The notes below the pieces were generated by a model. The model saw nothing but the letters and a program-made list of their open reading frames with translations, was not told the origin of the DNA and searched no databases. 54,052 nucleotides of DNA from a virus: UHGV virus genome UHGV-0210093; one strand, given 5' to 3'. The translations under genes were made by a program, and so were the position numbers. This document shows, in pieces, positions 1 to 10,081 of the stretch. How positions within the stretch are numbered: position 1 is the first letter of the stretch; each line of letters begins with the position of its first letter.

Positions 1-1230
1 ATAATGCTAACACCTAAATATTTACAAAGAATAACAGAAGGGGCGGAGGAGATATCTTCGTCCCTTCATCGCACTATTATGGACATGATCATTGAGAGAA
101 TCATGAAGAGACTCGGCAGAGGTGAGGACTATCTGCTGACACAGACAGACCGATGGCAGATACAAGTGATTCAAGAGTCGGGTGAACTGTTAGAGGATAT
201 CCAGAAGGAAATAGCGGACAAGACAAAGTTACAGCAGAAAGAAATCAAGGATGCTTTCATTGATGCTGGTATCACTTCGTTAAAATGGGATGATGCTGTG
301 TATATTGCAGCTGGACTCACTCCAACAGCACTGATGCAATCTCCAACCATGCTCAGGATCCTTGAGAGAGATTACCTTGCTACTGCTGGAGAATGGAACA
401 ACTTCACACGGACCACAGCACTGGATGCACAGAGGACTTTCATTAATCAGATGGACAATGCCTATCATCTTGTATCTACTGGTGCTGTATCGTACACACA
501 AGCGGTCAGAGATGTAATTAACAATATCACAGAAGTAGGACTCAAAGTGAACTATCCTACTGGGTACAGAATGAGCATTGAGTCAGCAACGATGATGATC
601 GTGAGGACAGGAGTGGGACAAGCTGCTGCCGACATCTCTATGAAGAGAATGGAAGAAATGAACTGGGATACCGTTCTTGTGTCTGCTCACTTAGGAGCAC
701 GTACCGGCAACGGTGGAATGAATCCTGGCAATCACTTGTGGTGGCAAGGACGATTCTACTCACGAAGTGGAAAGGATAAGAGATTCCCGGACTTCGTTAA
801 GACCACGGGATTCGGAACTGGTGAAGGACTCTGCGGATGGAACTGCCGGCACTCTTTCGGAAGTGGTGACGGAGTGAACAATCCTTATGATGACAAGAAG
901 ATTAACTTTGCTGACAACCATAAGGTTGAGGAATTGCAGAAGAAACAGAGAGCACAGGAGCGTAGGATCCGTGACACCAAGCGGAAGATACAGAACTTGC
1001 AGACAGCTGTTGATAACTGTAAGGATGATAAGGCAAGGTTTGAATTGCAGAATATGCTAGACCGCAAGGCTCACACGCTGAAGCTTCAGAACAAGCGGTA
1101 CAGTGCATTTTGCGAAGAGAATGACCTAAGAGAGTATACAGAACGGTTGAAGGTCGCACAGTGGGACAGAAAGCAAGCTATGAAGAGTGCAGCTGCCGCC
1201 AGAAGATATGAAAGTGCGAAAAAAAGCTAA
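1..1230 (+). CDS. phage head morphogenesis / minor capsid protein (Mu F / SPP1 gp7-like), 5' end probably truncated by the window
   Basis: Frame is open from nt 1. The C-terminal CGWNCRHS motif resembles the conserved HxNCRC motif of the Mu F family. Sits directly upstream of scaffold and capsid genes. Confidence 0.7.
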   Translation: MMLTPKYLQRITEGAEEISSSLHRTIMDMIIERIMKRLGRGEDYLLTQTDRWQIQVIQESGELLEDIQKEIADKTKLQQKEIKDAFIDAGITSLKWDDAVYIAAGLTPTALMQSPTMLRILERDYLATAGEWNNFTRTTALDAQRTFINQMDNAYHLVSTGAVSYTQAVRDVINNITEVGLKVNYPTGYRMSIESATMMIVRTGVGQAAADISMKRMEEMNWDTVLVSAHLGARTGNGGMNPGNHLWWQGRFYSRSGKDKRFPDFVKTTGFGTGEGLCGWNCRHSFGSGDGVNNPYDDKKINFADNHKVEELQKKQRAQERRIRDTKRKIQNLQTAVDNCKDDKARFELQNMLDRKAHTLKLQNKRYSAFCEENDLREYTERLKVAQWDRKQAMKSAAAARRYESAKKS

Positions 1231-1547
1231 AGATGGGTACAACGAAGTAATCAAAAACATTCATAATGGATATTGGGTGAAGAATATATCGTATTTTTGC
1301 ACCTCCTTTTCAAAAAATAGCCTACTAGGGGAATCCTGTTAAGAGGTATCGCACATCTCGGTAGGCTTTGCTCCTAAGGGAGCTGGGGACAGATGTGAAT
1401 CTGCCTTTCTATAGCATCTGTTCTTGCGTGGTACTGGCTATGAGGGTTCGACTCCCTCAACCACGATTACCCTGACAGAGGTTTATCTGTCTGAATCCCT
1501 ACCGTGGACGAAACGGTTAATAAAATACGTTGAGGAGGATATGAAAC

Positions 1548-2159
1548 ATGAAAAACATTATTCAGATTCTTTCCGATGCTGGTCTTGAGATTACAGATGA
1601 GCAGAAGAAAACAATCGAAACCAGTGTGAATGAGAATTACAAGACTCTTGCCGAGTTTGAGAAACAGGGAAGAAAGCTTGATACAGTCACACAGGAAAGA
1701 GACAACATTCAAACACAGTATGACACAGCCAAGTCTACACTTGAAGGATTTGAGGGCAAAGACTTTGATGCTATCACAAAAGAACGTGATGAGTGGAAAA
1801 CCAAAGCAGAGACCGCAGAGAAAGAGTGGCAGACAAAACTTGCGAACAGCGAGAAAGATTATGCAGCAAAGATTGAAGAAAGAGACTTCAATGATGCACT
1901 GGTTAAGGCACTGTCAGGTGAGAAATTCACATCTGAGTTTGCTAAGACAGGAATTATCAGCATGATCAAAGATAAAGGGCTGAAACGTGAAGGTGAGAAA
2001 ATCCTTGGACTCGATGATTACATGAACGAGCTGAGAGAGTCACAGAAAGATGCATTTGCATCGACAGATTCTCCGAAAGTGCCGACCTTCACAACACCTA
2101 CAAACAAAGGTGGAGGAGACGGCAAGACTCCAGTGTACACACCACCGGCAGTATGGTAG
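1548..2159 (+). CDS. capsid scaffolding protein
   Basis: GAGGAGG RBS 7 nt upstream of the ATG. Acidic, coiled-coil-like 203-aa protein between the MuF-like gene and the major capsid gene. Confidence 0.6.
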   Translation: MKNIIQILSDAGLEITDEQKKTIETSVNENYKTLAEFEKQGRKLDTVTQERDNIQTQYDTAKSTLEGFEGKDFDAITKERDEWKTKAETAEKEWQTKLANSEKDYAAKIEERDFNDALVKALSGEKFTSEFAKTGIISMIKDKGLKREGEKILGLDDYMNELRESQKDAFASTDSPKVPTFTTPTNKGGGDGKTPVYTPPAVW

Positions 2160-2227
2160 TCATGCGATAGAACGGTTATCAATCAGAGATAATCGTTGAC
2201 CTTAAAAAGTTAAAGGAGATTACGAAC

Positions 2228-3079
2228 ATGGCAGATACAAGAATTCAGTCATTAAACATGCTTCTCGATCCAACTGGAAAAATGTTCCTCGCTGAGGAGT
2301 ACGGAAAAGTTATCGAGAACGTACAGAAACTTACAATTTCCGGAGCAATGAAGAACACAGAGCTTTCTGGTGATCCTCATGCTGGAACAGTAGAAGCAAA
2401 GAGATTTGCAAACGCAACACCGAAGAACTACGGAACAGCTAGAACAGCTGCAAAGGGTGACGGTGTTAAAGGTAAACCGGTAACAATTCCGATTGATCAG
2501 GACAGAGAGATCGTAGAAGAAGTAGAGCAGAAAGATGTTTCTCTTCTTGGTGTTGAAGGACTTATTGCTAAGAGAACAGCAAACCATGCGCTTAGAATGG
2601 CAGCAGAGCTTGATACAAAGTTCTTCGAAGTAGCTGGTACAGATGCTACAGAAGTAGATCTGACAGGAATCACAGCAATTGAAGATATTGCAGAGAAAAT
2701 GATTCAGCAGTGTGAGACAACAAAGAATGAGTACGTGGACGGAGTTCCAAGATCAATGATGCACATGGTACTGGATCCGGACTATTACGGAAAAATCAGA
2801 ACATACCTTGACAAGGTAACAGTTCCTGGTGTTGGAGCAGCTGACGAAGAGTTCTACGCTTTCCACGGTGTTAAGACATACTCTTGTGTGCATCTTCCAA
2901 CAGATGTTAAGGCTCTCGTAATGGTTGACGGTGCAATCGCGCAGCCAGTAATGTCAGACCCTTACAATGCAGAGAAGATTCCACTGTCAAACGCTTACGG
3001 AATCGAACTGTTCTACCACTTCGGAACAAAATCTGTTACACCGGATCTTATCTTCAAAAATAAGAAAATTGGTGGTTAA
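2228..3079 (+). CDS. major capsid protein
   Basis: AAAGGAGA RBS. 283 aa, placed after the scaffold gene and before the connectors; called on size and position. Confidence 0.6.
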   Translation: MADTRIQSLNMLLDPTGKMFLAEEYGKVIENVQKLTISGAMKNTELSGDPHAGTVEAKRFANATPKNYGTARTAAKGDGVKGKPVTIPIDQDREIVEEVEQKDVSLLGVEGLIAKRTANHALRMAAELDTKFFEVAGTDATEVDLTGITAIEDIAEKMIQQCETTKNEYVDGVPRSMMHMVLDPDYYGKIRTYLDKVTVPGVGAADEEFYAFHGVKTYSCVHLPTDVKALVMVDGAIAQPVMSDPYNAEKIPLSNAYGIELFYHFGTKSVTPDLIFKNKKIGG

Positions 3080-3084
3080 TTAAG

Positions 3085-3231
3085 ATGAAGTTCTTGGACA
3101 AAGAGACAGGATTGTATCTTTCTACTGACAATGCCGATAGTATTGCCAGTATGAAGAGCAATCCTAACAAATATGAAGAAGTAGCAGATAAGCCACAGAA
3201 GAAACAGCAGACAAGAAAAAAAGCTGAGTAA
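3085..3231 (+). CDS. small Lys-rich hypothetical protein (48 aa)
   Basis: ATG-to-TAA ORF filling the gap between capsid and connector genes. It is below the ORF-track length cutoff. Confidence 0.3.
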   Translation: MKFLDKETGLYLSTDNADSIASMKSNPNKYEEVADKPQKKQQTRKKAE

Positions 3232-3241
3232 GGAGATTCAC

Positions 3242-3718
3242 ATGGCATACACAGACTATCAGTTCTATACAACTAAATATTTTGGAGATGCCGTGACAGA
3301 GGAAGAGTTTCCTAAGTATGCAGAGCGAGCAAGCGAACGTGTGGACAGCATCACTTTTGACAGATTAGCCGATGGCCTTCCGGAGGACGAAAGAGCTAAC
3401 ACAAAGGTTCAAAAGGCTGTCTGTGCGGTCGCAGAAGTACTGCATCAGATTGACTCAATCAGAAAAGCATCAATGGATACGGTCGGAGTGGTAAAGCATG
3501 AAGACGGTACTGTGAGCAAGAAACAAGTAGCATCCATTACGTCAGGTGCTGAAAGCATTAGTTTCGTCACTGGGACTAGCGGAACAGCAGACAGCATCTA
3601 TGCACGAGCGTCAATGGATAAGAAAGTGGAAGCTTTGCTGATCAGACAGGTGGCTTCTGAATATCTGCAAGGTGTTGCGGATAAGAAAGGAGTGTGCCTA
3701 CTCTATGCTGGTATTTAG
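3242..3718 (+). CDS. head-tail connector (gp6-like DNA-packaging/connector protein)
   Basis: AAGGAGA RBS. 158 aa, immediately after the capsid gene; called on position and size. Confidence 0.45.
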   Translation: MAYTDYQFYTTKYFGDAVTEEEFPKYAERASERVDSITFDRLADGLPEDERANTKVQKAVCAVAEVLHQIDSIRKASMDTVGVVKHEDGTVSKKQVASITSGAESISFVTGTSGTADSIYARASMDKKVEALLIRQVASEYLQGVADKKGVCLLYAGI

Positions 3719-3863
3719 ATGGCTTAAGCGGTTAACATGCCGACATGAAAAATTAACATATTCTTCAACTTTCCTTGATGAGGTCGGAGACCATGAGTAC
3801 AAGACTCATCATGTGTGGAAGTGCAAAGAATGTGGAAAAGAATTCTATTAGGAGGGGATACCG

Positions 3864-4310
3864 ATGTATGACAAGACTGTGACTGTATTCAACAAATACA
3901 CTGACAAGAATGATGCCATATATTGGTATCCTCATGTTATATCTGGAGTCACACTTATAACGGACAAGGCAGCCAACATTGCCAAAACTGGCTTGGATAC
4001 GGCTGATACAGCTAATCTTCATGTACCGTTTAAGGTACGTGAGGGAGAAAGGGTGGTATGCAATCTTTCCTATCTCACTCCGAAAGTGTGGAAAACTGCG
4101 GAAAACAAAGAGGGTTCAATCACATTCTCGACAGGTGACATCTTCATGGAAGGCGAATATCCGGAAACGGTAATTGCCGATGAAGACTATACGTCACGCA
4201 CGAACAAAGGATTCTACGATTATCTGAATAAGAAGATGGATAATGTCTTTCTGATCACAAGCGTAGGTTCTTACACACTGATCCCTCATTTTGAGATTGG
4301 AGGAAAGTAA
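3864..4310 (+). CDS. head closure / head-tail joining protein
   Basis: AGGAGGGG RBS. 148 aa in the neck-gene position. Confidence 0.4.
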   Translation: MYDKTVTVFNKYTDKNDAIYWYPHVISGVTLITDKAANIAKTGLDTADTANLHVPFKVREGERVVCNLSYLTPKVWKTAENKEGSITFSTGDIFMEGEYPETVIADEDYTSRTNKGFYDYLNKKMDNVFLITSVGSYTLIPHFEIGGK

Positions 4311-4311
4311 T

Positions 4312-4767
4312 ATGGCAAGCAAGATATTTCATTTTCCTAGCTTCTCAATCGTAAAAGGTGATATCAAAGTAAATGTCAGCTTGAACCGATTTGAAAAGCA
4401 GTTCCAGGAAGCACAGAACTGGCTAGATGGTCGAGTGTTCACTGACATGGAAAAGTATATGCCGTTTCGTGACGGTAACATGAGAAACGTGTCTGCGATT
4501 ATGAGCAGGTCCATGCAAGGAAGCGGTCAAGTGATTGCCGGTGCTCCACCTTACGGAAGATTCCTCTACGAAGGAAAAGTTATGGTAGATCCTGTCACAG
4601 GCTCACCGTGGGCAAGAGCCGGAGCGAAGAAAGTGGTCACAGACAGAGACCTTGTGTTTGACAAGACAGCGCATCCACGCGCAACAGACCATTGGTTTGA
4701 TGCTGCAAAGGAACAATATGTGAAGTCTTGGGCGAAAGGAGTGAAGAAACGTGCCGGAGGAAAGTAA
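4312..4767 (+). CDS. neck/tail component (HK97 gp10-like)
   Basis: ATG at 4312 follows a GGAGGAAAG RBS and is in frame with track ORF 4291..4767. Confidence 0.4.
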   Translation: MASKIFHFPSFSIVKGDIKVNVSLNRFEKQFQEAQNWLDGRVFTDMEKYMPFRDGNMRNVSAIMSRSMQGSGQVIAGAPPYGRFLYEGKVMVDPVTGSPWARAGAKKVVTDRDLVFDKTAHPRATDHWFDAAKEQYVKSWAKGVKKRAGGK

Positions 4768-5263
4768 GAAACCGGTCAAGTACGATGTAGACGGTTACGA
4801 AGCTGTAACTGATGCACTCGTTTCTCTTCTCAATAGTTTTCCAGGATTAGAGGAAGACGAAAAGATAAGATTCTCCACGCTAGATGAAGATGGCGGTATT
4901 GCCTTCTATCCAGTGACAGGAGCAGTGATTGCACTGGAAAAGAAGAGTGTAACTGGCAAAGTAAATCAGTTGTGCAACTATCCTTTTTATGTGATCTACC
5001 GGTCTTCAATCGACTCTCCAAAGATTAAGGCCAGTATCAAAGAATTCCTCGACACTCTTGGAAAGTGGCTTGAGCAGCAGAACGTAATCATTAATGGAGA
5101 ACAGAAGAGGCTGGAAGAATATCCAGTGCTTACAGAAGAGAGAAAAATAGAGGAGATCATAAGACTTACACCGGCTCACTTAGATAATGTGAGTGATGGC
5201 AATGTCCAAGATTGGGCAATCAGCATCTCCTTGAAATACAGAAACATATTCTACAAGAAATAA
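4751..5263 (+). CDS. tail completion / neck protein
   Basis: GTG start preceded by AAAGGAG. 170 aa, overlapping the stop of the previous gene. Confidence 0.4.
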   Translation: MPEESKKPVKYDVDGYEAVTDALVSLLNSFPGLEEDEKIRFSTLDEDGGIAFYPVTGAVIALEKKSVTGKVNQLCNYPFYVIYRSSIDSPKIKASIKEFLDTLGKWLEQQNVIINGEQKRLEEYPVLTEERKIEEIIRLTPAHLDNVSDGNVQDWAISISLKYRNIFYKK

Positions 5264-5278
5264 CGGAGGATAACAAAC

Positions 5279-5782
5279 ATGAAATTAGAGCGTGAAGCGT
5301 TGATGCATTATCTTGATGCATCGTTTAAAAAGACACCGGCAACAGCAGAGTGGGCGGTTCTCGGTGACGATATCGAGGAAATGTCCGTGGAGCTTAATCC
5401 AGACACGGAACAGAAGAGGACCATTCTTGGAAAAACTGTGACAACTGATAATGGATATGCACCTTCCATGTCAGCTGATCCATTCTACGCAGATCCAGCG
5501 TCCAAACTGTATCCGAAGATTAGAGAGATTGCGTTTAACCGTCTGAAAGGTGAAGCTTGTAAGACACTTATGCTTGAAGTAATCGTAGAGGACACGGCAG
5601 CCACAAAGCATCTTGCTTATGTACAGGAAGTAATGGTTAAACCACAGAGCTATGGCGGAGACACAACTGGTGTTAATATCCCATTCGATGTAACAGATGA
5701 TGGTGAGAGAACAAAAGGTTATGTCACAGCTGAATCGCTGAAATCAGGTAATCCAGTATTCACAGAGGGAAATATTGAGTGA
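5279..5782 (+). CDS. major tail protein
   Basis: ACGGAGGA RBS. 167 aa, directly upstream of the chaperone pair and the tape measure gene. Confidence 0.55.
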   Translation: MKLEREALMHYLDASFKKTPATAEWAVLGDDIEEMSVELNPDTEQKRTILGKTVTTDNGYAPSMSADPFYADPASKLYPKIREIAFNRLKGEACKTLMLEVIVEDTAATKHLAYVQEVMVKPQSYGGDTTGVNIPFDVTDDGERTKGYVTAESLKSGNPVFTEGNIE

Positions 5783-5880
5783 CTGAAACGATGGTTTGAC
5801 ATCCGTGGAGACACAATATTAGACGTAAATGACGAAGAGATATACCTTATTGAAAAGACGATTTGAGAAAGGACGATACA

Positions 5881-6315
5881 ATGAGCAATAAATTAGCAAA
5901 ACCAATGGCAAACAAGATTGTAGTAGATGATGGTAGCAAGGTCTACACGATTGAGAACAAAAGAGGAAAGGTACTCGGCAAGTTCGAGTTCAGACCTACA
6001 GATACAAATATCGTGAAGAGATATGAGGAAGTGGTTGAATACTACAATTCATATCAGCTGCCAGAGAATCCAAGCGAAGCGGATATGAGAAAAGCTGAGG
6101 AAGATATTACAGGGAGAATCTCTTATCTTATCGGAGAAGATGCAAAAGAGACATTCTTCTCTATCCTCGGAGCATTCTCACCACTTGCAAATGGAGAACT
6201 GTACATGGAGAATGTTCTGTCCTCTATCGCAAAAGTGATTGAAAAGGAAATGAATATCCGCACAAAGAAGGTACAGAGTCGCATGAATAAGTATGTGGCT
6301 AAGTACCACAACTAA
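5881..6315 (+). CDS. tail assembly chaperone (gpG-like)
   Basis: GAAAGGA RBS before the ATG at 5881. Acidic ~144-aa protein immediately upstream of the tape measure gene; it overlaps the next ORF. Confidence 0.5.
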   Translation: MSNKLAKPMANKIVVDDGSKVYTIENKRGKVLGKFEFRPTDTNIVKRYEEVVEYYNSYQLPENPSEADMRKAEEDITGRISYLIGEDAKETFFSILGAFSPLANGELYMENVLSSIAKVIEKEMNIRTKKVQSRMNKYVAKYHN

Positions 6316-6316
6316 T

Positions 6317-6913
6317 ATGTATCCGTGGAAACTTCCTACATCTTTAGACGTTAATGGAAAGGAATATTCGATACGCTCTGATTTTAGAGTGATATTGGAT
6401 ATTCTTTCTGCTATGAATGATCCGGATATCTTCGAGCCTGGCATGACAGAAGAAGAGAAACAACAGGAGAAAACACTCACGATGCTTAGAATCCTCTATG
6501 TGGACTTTGATTCCATGCCACCTAAGGATTGGCAAGAAGCCTGTCAGAAAGCGTGTGAGTTCATCGATTGCGGTATCAAAAATGATGGCAAACCTAGACC
6601 TAGAACAATGGACTGGGAACAGGATGCACCAATCATCATACCGGCTGTGAATAAGGTGAATAACGCTGAAGTGCGAGCTACAGACTATATGCACTGGTGG
6701 ACGTTCTTCGGACTCTATATGGAGATTGGAGAAAGTACCTTCTCAACTGTAGTCAGCATCCGAGACAAGAAGAGAAAAGGTAAGAAGTTAGAGAAGTGGG
6801 AACAGGAATACTACAAAAATAATAAGTCTATTGTGGACTTACATCAGAAGAGTACAGAGAGAAGTGACGAAGAGAAAGCTGAACTCCGAGAACTCTTCGG
6901 ATTGAATAAATAA
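6317..6913 (+). CDS. Gp15-like tail chaperone partner protein
   Basis: ORF is open from 6293 in the +1 frame relative to the chaperone and overlaps its last 23 nt. No own RBS, so it may be made by frameshift or translational coupling. Confidence 0.4.
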   Translation: MYPWKLPTSLDVNGKEYSIRSDFRVILDILSAMNDPDIFEPGMTEEEKQQEKTLTMLRILYVDFDSMPPKDWQEACQKACEFIDCGIKNDGKPRPRTMDWEQDAPIIIPAVNKVNNAEVRATDYMHWWTFFGLYMEIGESTFSTVVSIRDKKRKGKKLEKWEQEYYKNNKSIVDLHQKSTERSDEEKAELRELFGLNK

Positions 6914-6972
6914 CCGGATATCGAAAGAGATATTCGCTGACCGCAGATAATTAGCGGTGGAAAGGATTAGAA

Positions 6973-9900
6973 ATGGCACAAGCCGACGGCTATATCATAA
7001 TTGACACAGAGATTAACGCTGACGGCATGAAAGCCGGAAGTAAAGAAGTTGAAGCAGCTGTCAGAAGAATGGCGAATTCCGTTGATGATATTGGGAACAA
7101 AGCTAAGACAGCTCTCAACAAACAAGCGGATGCATTCGCTAAATTAAACAATGAATATGCTGCACAGGAGCAGAAAGTATCTGAACTGAAGAAAAAGATT
7201 GCTGAGTACGGTGAGCAGAAAGTACCAACAGATGAATACAGAGAGATACAAACACAGATTTCACAGGCTACTCAGAAACTGAATTCGCTGAAAGCTGCAC
7301 AGGATAAATTTCTTTCTACTGGTGGAAAGCAGAGCAGTTCATCTTTCAAGAGGATGCAGTATGACATAGAAGAGCTTGAGAATGAAATCAAATATGCAAA
7401 AGCAGAATTAGCTGACTTAGAAGCGTCAGGTGGAGCGTTTACGCTTGGCTCTAAGACACAAGAAGCAGCTGCCAGTATGCGCACATTGCAAGCAGAAGAG
7501 AGAAAACTTGCTGACATGAATAATCGTCTTCATACTTCTTACAATTCTGTAAAAGGAAGTATTGATGATTACAAACAGAAGTTGATGAGTGCGGCACCGG
7601 CACAGCAAAAAATGGCGAATGCAAGTGAGAAGGCTTCAAAGTCTATCACTAAAACTGGGAAAGCTGCAAACAGTGCGAGGTTCGGCATTGGAAGAATGCT
7701 TAAGATGTCCTTACTAATGAGCATAGCATTCAGAGCGTTTTCGGCTGCAATTAGTGCTATCAAGGATGGGTTCACAAACCTTGCACAGTACTCAAGTAGC
7801 ACGAACAACAGTATATCAATGTTGTGGGGAAGTCTTGAGACGCTTAAGAACAGCCTTGCGACAGCGTTTGCACCGATTCTTAGTGTAGTAGCACCAATTC
7901 TTAGCAAATTCATTGACATGCTTTCAACAGCTGCAAGTTATGTAAGTATGTTCTTCTCATTCTTGTCCGGAAAGAGTACATACACGAAAGCTATCGCAGT
8001 ACAGAAAGATTATGCCGGAAGCCTTAAGGATACGGCAAGCGGTGCGAAAGATGCAGCAGACGGAACAAAAGAAGCTGCGGAAGCTGCGGAAGAGTACTTA
8101 TCACCACTTGATGATATCAACAAAATGGATAAGCAGGACTCGGGAAGTGATTCTGGTGGATCCGGTGGTGGTGGAGGTGGTGCCGGTGGCGGTAGTGGTT
8201 CCGGACCATTGTTCGAAGAAGTACCGATTGACAATAAGTTTGCATCCTTGCTTGATTCCGTATTGGACAAGCTGAAACAGATCAGAGACATCTTTATGGA
8301 TGGTTTCTGGGATGGACTTGGAGATTACAAGCCAGTACTTGAAGAACTGAAGAAAGACCTTAAGTCTATCGGAGAACACATCAAAGATATCTTCACAGAT
8401 AAAAATGTTCAGGAAGCAGCTAAGAGATTCGCTATATTGTTCATTTATAACATGGGCAAAACAGTAGGCTCATTTGTTTCGATTGGGTTAACAATAGCAG
8501 CAAATGTTGTTGGAGGTATTGAAAGCTACTTAGAAGAGAATACAGACAGAATCAAGAAGTGGCTTGTGAGGATGTTCGATTTAGGCTCAGAGATTTCCAT
8601 AATTGTAGGAAATTTAAGTGCAACAATTGCAGAGATATTCCAACAGACATTCGGATCACAGACAGCACAGAACATTACTGGCAATATTATTGGCATATTT
8701 ACCACAGCGTTCGGAGAAATTATTCTACTTGCCACAAGCTTTGCAAAAGATGTAATGGATGCGATTGCAACACCTATCATCGAGAACAAAGATAAGATTA
8801 TTGAAGCTATCAATAACACGCTGAAACCAATAGAGGAGATTACTCAATCTATAGAAGACTTCGTACAGAAGTTAGCAGATAAGCTGACGGAACTGTATGA
8901 TGAGCATATAGGACCGTTTATCAATGATGTTGGAAGTGGCTTATCAGAAATAGGTGGAACACTTCTTGATACCTATAACCAGTATATCGCACCGATTCTT
9001 GATCAGTGGGCGCAGAAGTTCGATGAAGTCTTAAACGGACCAGTGGGCGATGCAATTGACCACATCATTGACGAAATTGGAAGGCTGATTGATGGACTTA
9101 ATTGGCTGTGGAATAACGTACTTATTCCTCTTATACAGTGGTTGATAGAGAACGTGATTCCAGTACTTGCACCTATAGTGGCATGGATTGGTGATACGCT
9201 TCTTTCCATTGTTGCCAGCGTAACTGGAATGGCAGATAGCGTTCTCAAACAGCTTGATGGAATCATCCAATTTTTAACAGGAGTTTTCACTGGGGATTGG
9301 GCGCAAGCATTGAGTGGAATCCTGTTATACGTTGAAGGATTTAAGCAGAACATTAATATTATCTTCAATTTCATCAAGAATCAAATACTTGATCCGCTGT
9401 CAAAATGGCTTGACGGAGTATTCAAGGTGGATTGGGTAAAAGACTTTGGTGTAATTGGAGATTACATGAATGCATGGCTTGCGAATATTCAGAACATTGT
9501 TGCAGCTGTGAAACAGGCATTTAGCGGAATCGTTGATTTTGTAAATGGTGTCTTATCAGGAGATTGGCAACAGGCATGGGATGGTATCAAGAATATCTTC
9601 GGTGGTGCTTGGAATGGCATGTTAGCAATCATCAAATCTCCAATTAACGGAATCATCGGATTGATGAACGGACTCCTTAGAGCTGCACAGATCATGCAGA
9701 ATGGCGTTGCTAATGCACTGAACAAAATGAACATATCAGTTCCATCATGGGTTACATCATTAACTGGAGTATCATCTATCGGATTCCATATATCAAAATG
9801 GAGTGCTCCACATATCCCTTACCTTGCACAGGGTGCTGTTATCCCACCGAACAAAGAGTTCATGGCGGTACTTGGTGACCAGAAAAGCGGTAACAACATT

Positions 9901-10071
9901 GAAGCACCTGAAAGCCTTATCCGTAAGATTGTAAGGGAAGAAACTGGTAACAGCTCACGCAAGATTGAAGTGCCGGTATATCTGAACCGTAGACAGATTG
10001 CGAAGGCCGTACTTGAAGAAGGAAAGAACATGAGAACACAGACGGGAAGAAATCCGTTTGAAATGGCTTAG
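6973..10071 (+). CDS. tail tape measure protein
   Basis: 1032 aa with a coiled-coil N-terminus, a Gly/Ser-rich linker (GGSGGGGGGAGGGSGSG), hydrophobic segments, and repeated W/G-rich C-terminal motifs. Position after the chaperones fits. Confidence 0.85.
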   Translation: MAQADGYIIIDTEINADGMKAGSKEVEAAVRRMANSVDDIGNKAKTALNKQADAFAKLNNEYAAQEQKVSELKKKIAEYGEQKVPTDEYREIQTQISQATQKLNSLKAAQDKFLSTGGKQSSSSFKRMQYDIEELENEIKYAKAELADLEASGGAFTLGSKTQEAAASMRTLQAEERKLADMNNRLHTSYNSVKGSIDDYKQKLMSAAPAQQKMANASEKASKSITKTGKAANSARFGIGRMLKMSLLMSIAFRAFSAAISAIKDGFTNLAQYSSSTNNSISMLWGSLETLKNSLATAFAPILSVVAPILSKFIDMLSTAASYVSMFFSFLSGKSTYTKAIAVQKDYAGSLKDTASGAKDAADGTKEAAEAAEEYLSPLDDINKMDKQDSGSDSGGSGGGGGGAGGGSGSGPLFEEVPIDNKFASLLDSVLDKLKQIRDIFMDGFWDGLGDYKPVLEELKKDLKSIGEHIKDIFTDKNVQEAAKRFAILFIYNMGKTVGSFVSIGLTIAANVVGGIESYLEENTDRIKKWLVRMFDLGSEISIIVGNLSATIAEIFQQTFGSQTAQNITGNIIGIFTTAFGEIILLATSFAKDVMDAIATPIIENKDKIIEAINNTLKPIEEITQSIEDFVQKLADKLTELYDEHIGPFINDVGSGLSEIGGTLLDTYNQYIAPILDQWAQKFDEVLNGPVGDAIDHIIDEIGRLIDGLNWLWNNVLIPLIQWLIENVIPVLAPIVAWIGDTLLSIVASVTGMADSVLKQLDGIIQFLTGVFTGDWAQALSGILLYVEGFKQNINIIFNFIKNQILDPLSKWLDGVFKVDWVKDFGVIGDYMNAWLANIQNIVAAVKQAFSGIVDFVNGVLSGDWQQAWDGIKNIFGGAWNGMLAIIKSPINGIIGLMNGLLRAAQIMQNGVANALNKMNISVPSWVTSLTGVSSIGFHISKWSAPHIPYLAQGAVIPPNKEFMAVLGDQKSGNNIEAPESLIRKIVREETGNSSRKIEVPVYLNRRQIAKAVLEEGKNMRTQTGRNPFEMA

Positions 10072-10081
10072 GAGGTAGAAT

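Noticed and set aside
7272-9377. Minus-strand ORFs of 60-124 aa inside the tape measure gene (e.g. 7569-7919, 8010-8291, 9003-9377)
   Set aside because: They are antisense shadow ORFs within a long, confidently coding gene. None has an RBS, and the one at 8010-8291 is only a low-complexity Pro/Ser translation of the Gly linker.
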